Part shown: positions 49,730-60,070 of the stretch, piece by piece
How the letters are laid out: every line of letters begins with the position of its first letter
Numbering within the stretch: the stretch's first letter is position 1
Source: Thermoproteota archaeon
GTDB taxonomy: Archaea > Thermoproteota > EX4484-205 > JAAOZP01
Assembly: GCA_049700215.1 (NCBI GenBank)
Contig: JBNAVT010000002.1
Coordinates: 45,507 to 109,506 of the forward strand
Reading direction: 5' to 3'
DNA: 64,000 bases
Program-made: the position numbers and the translations under genes
Notes under the pieces: model-generated
Seen by the model: only the letters and a program-made list of their open reading frames with translations
Database searches by the model: none
What the model was told of the DNA's origin: nothing

Positions 49730-50839
49730 GTGTCTAAACGCCTGCCGAAGACCATAGTCGGCTTCGACCCGGGGACAACGGCTGGCCTAGCTATACTGAA
49801 CCTAAACGGGGAGCTGCTTCTCCTGAAGAGCCTTAGACACTGGAGCAGGAGCAGTATTATTCTTGAAGCGCTGAGCGTCGGCGACCCTGTTCTGATAGCG
49901 ACTGACAGGGCTGAGGCTCCTAGAGCAGTTAGGGAGCTCGCCCAGTCGCTCAACCTAGCTGTGTTCGAAACAGGGAAGGAGGAGGCTCTGGAGGATAAGA
50001 CCAGCATTATCGACGAATATGCTTCTAAAAAGGGTGTCAGCATTGGGGACGAGCATCAGGCTTCAGCTCTCTACGCTGCGCTTAAAGCCTACAACAGTTT
50101 CAAAAACGATTTCAGGAACATTGAGCTGAACGTTGAGAGAAGGATTGGCGAGTTCAAGGAGGCTCTGGTAGACGAGGTTAAAAGCGACCTTATCAGGGGG
50201 GTTCCGCCTGAGCGCTCGATTAGGGAGCGGCTCTCTCAAACGACTGTTCAAAGCTTCGACGCTAACCTTGTGGAGCAGCTTAGGAAGCAGCTTCTCGAAG
50301 AGAGGAGGAAGGTTGAGGTGCTTGCGCTTAAGCTTGAAAACCTTAGGAGCGAGCTTAGGAAGGCTGAGTCGAAGAAGCCGGGTAAAGACGCAGGGTTGAA
50401 AAGCGTTATAGCCTTCATGCCGGAGAGCAGTAGGCTGACGAGCTTAAGCCAGGTTCTCGGGAAGCAGGAGAAGGATTCCGGAGAACAACTTCGAGTGGAT
50501 GTTTTCTCGGAGCTGACTTCGAAGAAGGCTAGGAGCGAGGTTGGCAGCATGGTTGTAGCTGCTGAAACCCTTAAAGGCGATTTGAGCAAGATCTTTAAAG
50601 CCCTGTCTTCAAAAGGCGTAAGGATCCTTATTCTGGATTCTGAAACTATTGATGACGAGGCGGTGAGGGAGGCTGCATACCATGGTCTCCTACTCTGCGA
50701 CATTAGGAGCCTGCCGTTAGAGAAGCGGAATGAGGGTCTCTACGTGAGGAGGAGCGACATCAGGGAGCTTCTAAACAGGAAGAGGAGCCTGCTAACAACA
50801 GCCCTGATCGAGAGGCTGACTGATCTGAGCCTAAGGTAG
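49730..50839 (+). CDS. DUF460-like RNase H-fold/coiled-coil protein
   Basis: IVGFDPGTTAGLAIL and IATD motifs, followed by a coiled coil. Confidence 0.75.
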   Translation: MSKRLPKTIVGFDPGTTAGLAILNLNGELLLLKSLRHWSRSSIILEALSVGDPVLIATDRAEAPRAVRELAQSLNLAVFETGKEEALEDKTSIIDEYASKKGVSIGDEHQASALYAALKAYNSFKNDFRNIELNVERRIGEFKEALVDEVKSDLIRGVPPERSIRERLSQTTVQSFDANLVEQLRKQLLEERRKVEVLALKLENLRSELRKAESKKPGKDAGLKSVIAFMPESSRLTSLSQVLGKQEKDSGEQLRVDVFSELTSKKARSEVGSMVVAAETLKGDLSKIFKALSSKGVRILILDSETIDDEAVREAAYHGLLLCDIRSLPLEKRNEGLYVRRSDIRELLNRKRSLLTTALIERLTDLSLR

Positions 50840-50841
50840 CG

Positions 50842-51117
50842 CTATATCCCTTCAGACCTGCCGACGAAAAGTATGTTGCTCCCTCTGACCAGTACAAGGT
50901 TAAAGTTGACGGCTTCCCTATCCCCCTCGTACTCCATCGTGCCGCTCATAATCAGGTTCATCTGAGTATCCACGTTAAGCAGCATCCCCCTGTATACTGA
51001 GTGATCGTTTTTAAGCCTGAGGAAAACCTTCTTGCCAACCATGCTTCTAAGAACGTTCAGCGGCCTCTTGTTAACAGTCTCGTCGACACTCCGGTTGCTC
51101 AACTTCGGAAAAAGCAA
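50842..51117 (-). CDS. Sm-like (LSm) protein
   Basis: RPL..L, YRG.L...D..MNL and VRGSNI motifs. The start is uncertain. Confidence 0.85.
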   Translation of the reverse strand: MLFPKLSNRSVDETVNKRPLNVLRSMVGKKVFLRLKNDHSVYRGMLLNVDTQMNLIMSGTMEYEGDREAVNFNLVLVRGSNILFVGRSEGI

Positions 51118-51238
51118 CTTACTGCTCCCTATATAAAAATTGCTGGCTGAAGAGGGATTAACAGCTTTCCACCGGAAATCAGCGTCCAGTCTCTCACCAG
51201 CCGGGTGCTTATATACAAGCGTGCGCTAGCTGTAAACA

Positions 51239-51999
51239 CTAGTAGGGAAAGCCTTCAGCCATCTCAGCGTCGGAAAGCTCCTTAAGGAGGATGGCAATTC
51301 TCTCCACAGCAGCCTCCAATATCTTCTCCCCCTTCTCACTAGATGATTTCAACGGGTTTCCGAAGCCGGAGTTCCTGGTTAAAACATGCCAGGGCCTCGT
51401 AAACCTGGCCCAAGAATAGGAAGACTCAACCTTGGGTGTATTCACAGTCCCCTCCTCCGCCTCCCACATGTGCACGAGACACGGGAACAGGGCAAGCCCA
51501 ACGCTTGTCTCAAACTCGTCGCCATGCTCCCCGGGCTCCTCTATAATCCTGCTCCTCACATCGTCGACTGTTCTCCACCAGTCTACTGTGACGATGAAAA
51601 CCCTGGTCCTGCCGTAGAGGTCTCGCATCAAGGGTGTGAAATCGTTACCGCCATGCCTGTTTAGAATAACTAGTTTCATCACACAATGGTGCTCGAGCGA
51701 TTCAACGATATCTCTAACCACCATGTTCAGTGTCGACTGGTCGAGGTTTATCGTCATCGGGAAGCCGAGCGAGTTCTTGTTGAACCGTAGGGTATGGCGG
51801 GGAGCATAACCACTTTAGCACCCATCTCTACAGCCTTTCCGCAAGCCATCTCGGCAACAGCCTTAGCCTGGTAGAAATCCATTCCATAGGGCAAGTGTAG
51901 GCCATGGGGCTCGGTTGAGCCGACAGGTAGAACAGCAACCTCAAACCTAGACTCCTTAACATCCTTAAGCGTAGACTCCTGAAGGTTTCACGCAACCAT
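51239..51999 (-). pseudogene. Creatininase/creatinine amidohydrolase family, disrupted
   Basis: Upstream it reads MVA*NLQE...LPVGSTEPHGLHLPYG (TGA 51988-51990). After a frameshift at ~51783 it continues HGGN and HGDEFETS. Confidence 0.82.
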
Positions 52000-52324
52000 G
52001 AGGCTAAGCTTGCTTGTCAAGCATATAAATTTTCATAGGCTAGCTTTGGGGGAAACTTGCTGAAAGCTACATGGACTCGCTTAAAAATTATTTTTCTTTA
52101 GAAACTATGCCTTGAACAGCACCGCATTGTTTGCAGAAAACAATCGTCAGAAGCTTGTCGCTCAAAGGGTATTCGATGAAGGTGAATGAAGCTATGTCGG
52201 CTCCACACTTGAAGCAAACAGGCTTATTCTTAACAGTCCTGTCTTCCATACTCATCCTGCGCCATCACCTCCGTCTATTTTTATTATGAACAGTTCGCTT
52301 TTAGACTGCTGATACTGTTCATCC

Positions 52325-52495
52325 CCGTTGAACTTCGGATTCAGGCTGATTGCCCTGGCTATCGCCACCCTTTGTCTCTGTCCGCCTGACAATTGGTGCG
52401 CATACTTATTCATAAAGTACTCTGGGGGAGTTAATGCAACCAGGTGCAGAAGCTCAACCACCTTACTCCTTATTTCGCTCTCATTCGCACGCGCG
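52325..52495 (-). pseudogene. Internal fragment of an oligopeptide ABC ATPase
   Basis: [26 protein letters not shown] with no Walker A. It starts at a CG-repeat cluster. Confidence 0.8.
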
Positions 52496-52587
52496 TCAAT
52501 CCGCGTGTAGCGCGTGCACGCTGTATCCATCCTGCTATAGCGGTCTATTTATTTGGCCATAGCCCATCATTAAAAGGAAAGACGGCT

Positions 52588-54063
52588 TTACCCAGATAAA
52601 TTCTTAACCGCCTTTCTTTCTATCTCTGAAAGCTGTTCAATAACCTGCTTGTCAATAACTGGCTCCGGAGGATAATTCTCCCTAATAATCCTGTTTAAGG
52701 CATCCTGGGCTTTCTTAAGCAGGTCTCTGCAACCTTTCTTCTCCCAGCCTATCCAATCATCCCTGTTGAAGAGGTTCGGATACCAGAGTTCCCCACGCAT
52801 TTTCCTCAAGGTGTGTTGCTCCCCTAGGAAGCTTCCGCCTACTCCGACTCTTTTAATCACTTCAAGCGCTAAAGTCTCCTTGTTTACTTCAAACCCTTTA
52901 AGAATACGGTTGACATAGCTGAGCCACTCGTTGTCGATTATAAGCTGCTCGAGGCTCGCTCCCTGGTCTGCTCCAACTATCCCCTGTTGACCTATGCCCT
53001 CCGCCCCCGCCGCCAAAACCAGAGCAGTGCTCACCGCCTTCTCAAAGCCTGCTTGAAAGTCTGGAATGTTTGAATCAGTCAGAGCCACGTTTGCGAAGCA
53101 GCTTAACCCGAGTTCTCTAGCCACTTGTATCCCTGCCAGGGATGCTAGCGTGTTTTCAGGCGCTCCGAAGGAGCATAGGGCAGTCCTCTGGTCTAACACG
53201 TGTATCGACGTTGAGAAGCCGATGGGAGAATCAGGGTTGAGAAGATTGACCAGCACTATGCCCGCCAGGACCTCGGCTGCATGCAGGCTCAACGCGCCAG
53301 CCAGTGTTACTGGGGCAGTGCCTCCCAGGAGGCTCATAGAGCCTGACGCGCTTATGGGAAGCCCATACTTAGCCATCTCCATAAGAATCTCTATAGCGTG
53401 GTGTGAAAGCTGAAGCGGGCTCGTAGGCTCCGCCCCATAGCCGATAATCTTCTTCCTTAGCTCATCCTCTCCCCCGGCAACAGCCTTAGCCATATCCAGA
53501 ATATGCCTGCAGGATTCGATGGAGTATATCCAGGCGTAAAACGGTTTACGCGAATACGTGAAGAGAAGCCTATGCTCCCTCACGTCCGCTATCCTCACAG
53601 GCACGTCGCTGGGCACGACGAAGGGGGATACAACACTCACGTTTTCAAGCTCGTTGCCGACTGTTATCGATTTTACACAATCCTCAGTCCTCCCTGGTCG
53701 GCGTTCCATCCTACTGTAATCCACGAGTTGAATCTCCAATCCCATGGTGGCCTTTATGCTTCCGTCTCCGAAGTAGACAGCGTCACCCTGGGGAGGCTCA
53801 ACAATATACTGCTTAGGAGCTTTTTTAAGACAGTCTAGAATAAGCTCTCTGGGAAGCTTAGCCACCTCGCTCCTGTAATCGATAATCGCCCCATGCTCCT
53901 TAAGCATCTCTAGAGCGCCCCTATGCCTGTATGCAAAACCAACTTCTTCCAGTATTTCCAGCGCGCCCTCCTTTACTGCTTCAACCCCTTCTCTGGGAAG
54001 CAGCTCAAGCCTCTTGTTGAAAACCGGCCTCATTCTCAACCACCCGGATACATAACCATCCAT
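52588..54063 (-). CDS. Trimethylamine methyltransferase (MttB) family, non-pyrrolysine
   Basis: ILEEVG, SPL, GGTAPVTLAG, GAPE, D.QAGFEK and SLEQL.IDNE motifs. There is no in-frame TAG. Confidence 0.9.
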   Translation of the reverse strand: MDGYVSGWLRMRPVFNKRLELLPREGVEAVKEGALEILEEVGFAYRHRGALEMLKEHGAIIDYRSEVAKLPRELILDCLKKAPKQYIVEPPQGDAVYFGDGSIKATMGLEIQLVDYSRMERRPGRTEDCVKSITVGNELENVSVVSPFVVPSDVPVRIADVREHRLLFTYSRKPFYAWIYSIESCRHILDMAKAVAGGEDELRKKIIGYGAEPTSPLQLSHHAIEILMEMAKYGLPISASGSMSLLGGTAPVTLAGALSLHAAEVLAGIVLVNLLNPDSPIGFSTSIHVLDQRTALCSFGAPENTLASLAGIQVARELGLSCFANVALTDSNIPDFQAGFEKAVSTALVLAAGAEGIGQQGIVGADQGASLEQLIIDNEWLSYVNRILKGFEVNKETLALEVIKRVGVGGSFLGEQHTLRKMRGELWYPNLFNRDDWIGWEKKGCRDLLKKAQDALNRIIRENYPPEPVIDKQVIEQLSEIERKAVKNLSG

Positions 54064-54113
54064 ACTTATATGCTTTCTTCATCCCTTTAAACTCGGCATC
54101 AAAAGTCAGCGTG

Positions 54114-55276
54114 CTAAACATATTTTTCAGCAGCAGAGGAGGCTATCCTCGCCCACTCCCATAGGCGTTGAGGCTGGTACCTAACGGTGCTAATGTCCTT
54201 CATATGGATCTCCATCACGCAGTTAAACCTCCTCGCCTTCCCAAGCTTCTCCTCCATGTCTCTGCGCACTTCCTCCGGGTTCCAACTCGACTCAGCCAGC
54301 ACAGCGGGATTAGGCTTCCAAGCGAATATGAACTCGTCACCCACGTTTTCAACAGCCTTGTCGAATCTATGAAGGGGCTCATAGAGATCCTGCGCAGCCT
54401 GGGTATGTTCCTCCTCAAAACGTCAACCTTATGGTGGAGAGGCTCGCAGCACCCATAGTAGTTCAACCCCCATTTCTCATACCAATGTTTCTCATGCTTC
54501 AACGCAAACTCCTCATGCATAGCAGGAGATACTGCTGAAAAAGCCTGTGCCGCTCCAACCCCCCAAAGCCTCGTGGGAGAGTCGCGCAGCAATCCGAGTT
54601 TCTCATACTGGTCCAGCCGGTGGAGCCAAGCGTCAACCATCCTCTCGGCAAGCCTATGCACATACCCTGGCCTACGATGCATATCTATAAGGATCTCCCT
54701 AACCCCGGTCAGCATAACGATCTCATCCCAGGGGGCGAACCAGAAGGCGCTGACCCCACGCTTCTCAACAGGCAGAACCCCGTCGAAAACCTCGCAAAGC
54801 ATCTCGAAATCCTCCTCAGCCCTTTCTTCGTCGAAAAACACTCTCGGCATCCGGATCTTCTCAACGTCTTCTTCAGACTTGATTTGAGCATGGTAACGGT
54901 GGGAAACTACAGGATTCTTCTCATCAGTCTTAACAATATCCTCCTTAACACGGATGCCTATGTCAGTGTCAGCAACATAGTCCTGAAGCGGCTGCTCCAC
55001 CACAGGCTCCAAACCTAGGCTGCTGCTGAAACGGGGATCATCCACCAGCACCCCCAGTCCATGCCTCCACTTATAGATCAAGCGTCTAAGCCTCTCCTCG
55101 TATCTCCTGCATAACGGATGCCTAGTCCTCAGCGTTAGCTCATTGTTAACATTCATCTCGTGCCACGGGATCTCGTAAACATAGACCGGAGGCTTCACCA
55201 TCTCCAGGTTGATCACCCTTTTTTGCAGCTCAAAATACTCCTCGTTAACGGGTGAGGCTGCGATTTCAGCGCGCGC
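54114..55276 (-). pseudogene. UroD/MtaA-like barrel protein, 5'-truncated and frameshifted (~54363)
   Basis: EIPWHE, VSPAMHEEF, YYGCCEPL, ISMSPF and WKPNP motifs. The two ORFs are joined by a 1-nt shift. Confidence 0.7.
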
Positions 55277-55839
55277 TATTCCGCTGCAAACCATCTATCG
55301 TCTACAGCCTCCTCTTCTAAGCCCACACCTCCGCTGGAAAAGACTTTAAAAAACATTACTGGGAAAGTCATACAATGAGACCCGGTTTTTCAAGCACCGT
55401 ATGTTCTGGAAACGGACAGGTGTGTTTCTTAATATATTTCACTTCGTAGATGGCGCGGGGGAGGTGGTAGTACGCGCGCTAATGCATAGTATCCGTGCTA
55501 ATAGCTATGGCTTTCTCGCCACCTGAGGAAACGTAGAGGCTTCTAGCATATAAAGGGTCATGCACACCTTTAAAAAAGGTGTGGCGCGCTAAAACGACCA
55601 ACTATTTCTACAATCATCTCGAGCATCAACCAGTCTCAGGCTGGAGATACGACGTGACTGATCAAGGCATCGGAAGTTAAAAAAAGGAAAATGATTTGAA
55701 ACTCAATGAAAGAAACCGAATGATAAGCATTCGTGCCTACAGCATTCTTCACTAAACAAGCTTGATTTATGCAGATAGCGAGTCTAGAAGTGACACGGTT
55801 AGAATTAGAGTTCAGCCAGCATAGAGGTGAGAATAAGAG

Positions 55840-56361
55840 CTACCTTATTCTTCTAACAGCCTCCTTGATTATCGGGTCCTCAATCCAGTAGTAGCCCTCC
55901 TTCTCCTCCACTATCATCGCGGAGGAAAGAGTTTCCAAGACTATTTAGCGCGCGCGAGGGGTGAAGCAGGGCTCGGCTCTAAGAACCTGCGCAGGATTCC
56001 AACGTATGATCCTGAGAAAACTATCCTTATACCTCTGTATTCATCCCAAACACTTTTCAAAACTTTTAAAAAATAATGTGAATACACTTCTTGCATCTCG
56101 TCTAAAGCAATAACCCTATCCTTGACGCGTGAAAAAAACGTCTTCCAAGACTCTAGTCCACTTCCTGTACAAACTTCAAGTCTAGGCCGATCTCTCCGAG
56201 CTTAAACCCGGATTCAGCCGCCAACTTCCTAACCACGTCCTCAATACTCCTAGCACCCATCAGATTTACGTAAAACCCATTGTTCTCATTGGAGAAAGTT
56301 TTAAGCGGGCTCGTCTTACCCGTCATCCTCTTCCCGACGACAGCAACCCATAAGCGCGCGC
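55840..56361 (-). pseudogene. Archaeal ATPase (AAA+wHTH) remnant with an internal deletion
   Basis: Manual translation gives Walker A VVGKRMTGKTS, Walker B IALDEMQ, FSGSYVG..SPL and then directly VLETLSSAMIVEEKEGYYWIEDPII. Confidence 0.8.
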
Positions 56362-56522
56362 TCTAAAAATAAGACGCTTACCAAAGTCACACCTGCTCCT
56401 GGAAACATTAGGTGTATTCACTCCAACCAGCCACATAACCAGATAGTGAACTCATACGCAAAGGGTCTTTCTGCTGGTTAACCGCACCAGTACCAAAAAA
56501 GTTTACGCGGGCTAGATGCAAG

Positions 56523-57929
56523 CTATTTTTTCTCCAAAATGTCTTTAAGTTCAAGGATGATGTAGCCTTTCTTAGAAAGCTCTTCCTTACCCTCGATTTT
56601 TCTGGCAACTAAGCCGAAGTACTCTCTCCGCCTCGATTTCCTCCACTTAAAGTTTTGAGCCTTCTGTTTTAATGCTTGAATTATTCCTTCAGCCTTAACC
56701 CCCTTCAGGCTGCTCCACTTTACTTCAAAGAAGGCTGATGAAGACTGGGCCTCGTCCAAAGCTACAGCATCTATTTCCTGATCTTTAAACCACCACTTCC
56801 CCACGATCTTCGGACGGAATGGAATCTTCTTGAGGCTGTAGAGGCTTTCTCTAAAAATCTGTTCGTAAACCATCCCGAGATAAGCATCATAGTCCCGCTT
56901 AACCTTCTCCAAAACCGGGTCAACATTTCCAAGCTCGAGCTCCGATTTATTCGGGAAAACGTAGCGGAACCAGAAAGCCATATAGGGGTCAGCTATACGG
57001 TAGAGGGCTTTCCGCGGCTTAATTCTCTCTCCAACAGGGTAGAGGCGTTCAACCCATCCTAATTCCTCCAGCACGTCAAGATACTTCGAAAGAAGAGTTT
57101 TTTCAAGGCCGGTGAAGCCAGCTATCTCGCCGAAGGAGGAAGCTCCGAATGCTACAGCCTTAAGTATTGCCGAGTATAGCCTTGGCTCACGAAGCTCCTC
57201 CCTAAGCAAGAACTCTGCCTCACCGTAAAGGAACTCGCCTTTTCTGAATATTCGGGTAGCCACATTATCCCAGAACGGGATATTCGGGTCAAACTTAAGG
57301 AGGTATGCTGGAACCCCGCCCAGACACCCGTAAACCCTGACAAGATCCTCCTCAGAATATTCTTTGAAGAACTCTCGGAGACAATTAAAGCGTAGGGGCT
57401 GAAGCTTCCATTGCCCAGTCCTCCTACCGTAAAGCGGGCTCCTGTAGCTTAAGACCTCAGTCTCCATCATGCTGACGGAGGAGCCGAGGAGGATTAGCAC
57501 GACATGACTGTTTTTAAGCTCGAGATCCCATATTTTCTGGAAAACAGAAGGTATCGCCTTATTATCCTCTATCAGCATCGGAAACTCATCTATCACGATA
57601 ATAACCTTCCCACCCTTCCACCATTTCAGAAACTCTTTGAAGAGCTCCAGCCAGTTTCTAACTTCAAGCTTCGAGAAGGATTCGTCGCGAAGAGCCTGCG
57701 ACATCTTCTCCTTAAACTCCTCAAGCAGGTCTCTCTCCGGCCTCCTGTCCGCCAGGAAGTATACAGCGGGCTTCCCCCTGATGAACCTCGCAACAAGCTC
57801 CGTCTTCCCGATTCTCCTACGCCCGTAAATAACCAGGAGCTCAGGATTCGTGCTTCTAAACTTCTCCTCCAAGTATTGTAGCTCATCCTCCCTATCGACA
57901 AATAGTTGAATCACGAGTATTATACTCAT
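56523..57929 (-). CDS. Archaeal ATPase with DUF234 and a PD-(D/E)XK-like C-terminus
   Basis: FVDREDEL, YGRRRIGKT, IDEFP, SPLYGRR, GGVPAYL, FWFRY and EID...EVKW motifs. Confidence 0.9.
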   Translation of the reverse strand: MSIILVIQLFVDREDELQYLEEKFRSTNPELLVIYGRRRIGKTELVARFIRGKPAVYFLADRRPERDLLEEFKEKMSQALRDESFSKLEVRNWLELFKEFLKWWKGGKVIIVIDEFPMLIEDNKAIPSVFQKIWDLELKNSHVVLILLGSSVSMMETEVLSYRSPLYGRRTGQWKLQPLRFNCLREFFKEYSEEDLVRVYGCLGGVPAYLLKFDPNIPFWDNVATRIFRKGEFLYGEAEFLLREELREPRLYSAILKAVAFGASSFGEIAGFTGLEKTLLSKYLDVLEELGWVERLYPVGERIKPRKALYRIADPYMAFWFRYVFPNKSELELGNVDPVLEKVKRDYDAYLGMVYEQIFRESLYSLKKIPFRPKIVGKWWFKDQEIDAVALDEAQSSSAFFEVKWSSLKGVKAEGIIQALKQKAQNFKWRKSRRREYFGLVARKIEGKEELSKKGYIILELKDILEKK

Positions 57930-58037
57930 GGTTCAACAACTATTTAAATCTGCCTCCTCCCTTATTAAGCGGCGTATGCCAGCCGAGAAAATTAAAGCTC
58001 CTCCACCATCGTCACAAGGAAAGGCTTCAATAAGAGT

Positions 58038-58243
58038 TTAGCGGACTGTATCCTGCGGGCTTAATAAAGCAGCATACGGTATAGCCGATTTAGCCAATTC
58101 TATGCAAACCCTGACCCTCCTACCGTTGTTTCTCACCTGCTTGCCGAGCCAGTTGACTATCGAGCTGAGCGGCAGGTATTTGGCTTCCCAGCAGCCTTTT
58201 CTAAGCAGCTTGCTCACCACGTCAGCCTTGATCTCGCGCGCGC
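58038..58243 (-). pseudogene. Fragment of a small basic hypothetical protein
   Basis: REIKADVVSKLLRKGCWEAKYLP... begins at the (CG)n run at 58235. Confidence 0.4.
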
Positions 58244-58266
58244 CTACCGTCTCTATTCACCCATAG

Positions 58267-58616
58267 ATGCCCGAGGAACTCTACATAGAAAGGAATACGA
58301 GTCGATCCTGCTCAAATGCTTCGGAAGCTCCCCCAAGCTCAGAATAATAGACTTCCTATTCGACAACCCGTTGTTTGACTTCACTAAGAAGGAGATTATA
58401 GAAGCACTAGGCATGAGCAAGCAAACATTCTACAAGCATTTTACAGGCATAGAGAAAAACGGTCTAGTCAAAGTCTCAAGAAGAATAGGCAGGGCTAAAC
58501 TCTGCAGGATAAACCTGGAGAACCTAATGGTCAAAATGCTAAGAGAAAGCGAAACACAGCTCTCCCTGCAAACAGCAGAGCAGGAAGCTGAAAAGAAACA
58601 AATAGAGGTAAAATAG
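58267..58616 (+). pseudogene. Winged-helix protein, frameshifted near 58290
   Basis: FGSSPKLRIIDFLFDNPLFDFTKKEI...SKQTFYKHF...SRRIGRAKL. The upstream ATG 58267 is out of frame. Confidence 0.7.
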
Positions 58617-58663
58617 TTTTCGCGCGCGAGAGGAATCTATGCATATTCAAGACCCTATGAGAA

Positions 58664-58999
58664 TCATATTTCTACAAGCCCGTCGATAAACCTCAAATAC
58701 CATCCTACAAACTCCCTCTGAGTCGCCACGTGTATTTCAACTGGTACGGACGGCCCCATCCTTTGCAGGATCCTCGCCTTTAAACTTGCTGCTCCCTCCT
58801 TTACTGCTTCATTAGACACTATGAGAACATCTATATCGCTTGAAGCCGTGTACCTTCCACTCACCACTGATCCGAAAACGTAGACCTTCGCATCCTTATA
58901 ATCCTCCTTTACGATATCCTTAACGGAAGCAGCAACCTCCCTATATTTCTCGAGGTACTCTAACGTTTCCCTCCCCAGCTTCACATATTGCTCAAACAT
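58664..58999 (-). CDS. Minimal nucleotidyltransferase (MNT antitoxin)
   Basis: VFGSV.SG....SDIDVL motif. Confidence 0.9.
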   Translation of the reverse strand: MFEQYVKLGRETLEYLEKYREVAASVKDIVKEDYKDAKVYVFGSVVSGRYTASSDIDVLIVSNEAVKEGAASLKARILQRMGPSVPVEIHVATQREFVGWYLRFIDGLVEI

Positions 59000-59375
59000 T
59001 CCTAATAACCTTCTCGAACTTGTCAGCGAACTCAATTAGCTGTTTAACCTCCTTCTCCTCATACCTCCTCGGGAAGTATCTGGAAATTACATAAGCATCC
59101 TCAACCTTAGTGAGAATCATTATCTCCGAATCGATTAGCGACGCTAGACCCCTCCCAGACGCAGCATCATCAAGCACCCTTAACAATCTCACTATCGAGT
59201 GTGTCCGGGGATACGTTCCAGTTTTTACGAGAAGCTTGTATTTCAGAATAAGTTGAAAGAATTGCTCGACACTGAACGCTGCAAGGTCAAATTCTCTCTC
59301 CTCAAAAAGCCTCTTAGCATTCCTCAGGAAGGCATACGCTCTTTCCCTGAGAACCTCAGCCTCTTCGAATGACAA
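58992..59375 (-). CDS. HEPN domain toxin
   Basis: AAF.VEQ, PRTHSI and Y.ISRY motifs. It overlaps the MNT gene. Confidence 0.9.
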   Translation of the reverse strand: MSFEEAEVLRERAYAFLRNAKRLFEEREFDLAAFSVEQFFQLILKYKLLVKTGTYPRTHSIVRLLRVLDDAASGRGLASLIDSEIMILTKVEDAYVISRYFPRRYEEKEVKQLIEFADKFEKVIRNV

Positions 59376-59459
59376 TACGTACGCTTTTCAAGAAGCTTAA
59401 TATTTAAGTCTTAATAGAGGCTTAGAGCCTTTGCAGCGACTATTTCAATATCATTCCCA

Positions 59460-59700
59460 GTCAACTCGTTACCGCGAGAATACCACAGCGAAACACCCAC
59501 TTGAAACCACGAATCATCCCGCTTGCAGAAGCCTTAACATCCCCGGTCAGACGTACACGTCCCTTCCCTCCTCACGTGAGCATCACTGGGCTCAACCGTG
59601 CCGTCAACCCAATCCGTATGGCTCCACCCCAACCAGCCTGGACACCGAAAACAGGCGTGCCACGCTTATAGCGAGAATAACAAGATGCCTCCCGGGATTT
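59460..59700 (-). pseudogene. Degraded N-terminus of a NosD/beta-helix surface protein
   Basis: Frame-hopping translation AIRIG-DGTVEPSDAHVRREG-DVYV-TGDV resembles the IxxDGxVEPS...DVYxLTG start of such proteins. Confidence 0.35.
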
Positions 59701-60070
59701 TTCTCAATTCTGCTTTATAACCCTTGTCAACATTCAGGTTTTTACAAGGAAACACAGGCTAAGGTGCTAGGGCCTCAATTTTCTACATGCTTCCCTGCAT
59801 ATGGGATCAAGGAATTCGTAATCCTTCACGATGCTCATCATTTCAAGCGCGCGCTACAAGTCGTTTCGAGACGACTTCCCAATGTCGAAAAGCAAGTTCC
59901 GGTTCGGAACTATTAAGCTTACGGCAACCATCACCAAGCAACTTATCCCCACCCGTCCTCATCCATCACCACCCGCCCAATTTGAAACACCAAGACCCAT
60001 CCCGGAAAACCCCTGAAGAACACTGGCTCCAAAACCTTAAATACACCATCAGCCTAACGCCCAGCGAAAG

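Noticed and set aside
26920-51990. UGA-to-Trp recoding (TGA at likely Trp sites 26920 and 51988)
   Set aside because: TGA terminates many intact genes (e.g. 1039, 18628, 25871, 38094), TGG is used freely, and both genes carry additional frameshifts. These are ordinary nonsense mutations.
16741-53966. GC runs at 16741, 23378 and 53961 as breakpoints
   Set aside because: They lie in frame within intact genes and lack the TA flank, so they may be chance. 16741 could be a tolerated in-frame patch, but I cannot show this.
52588-54063. Pyrrolysine readthrough or methanogenesis
   Set aside because: There is no in-frame TAG. MttB and a lone comB-family gene do not indicate methanogenesis.
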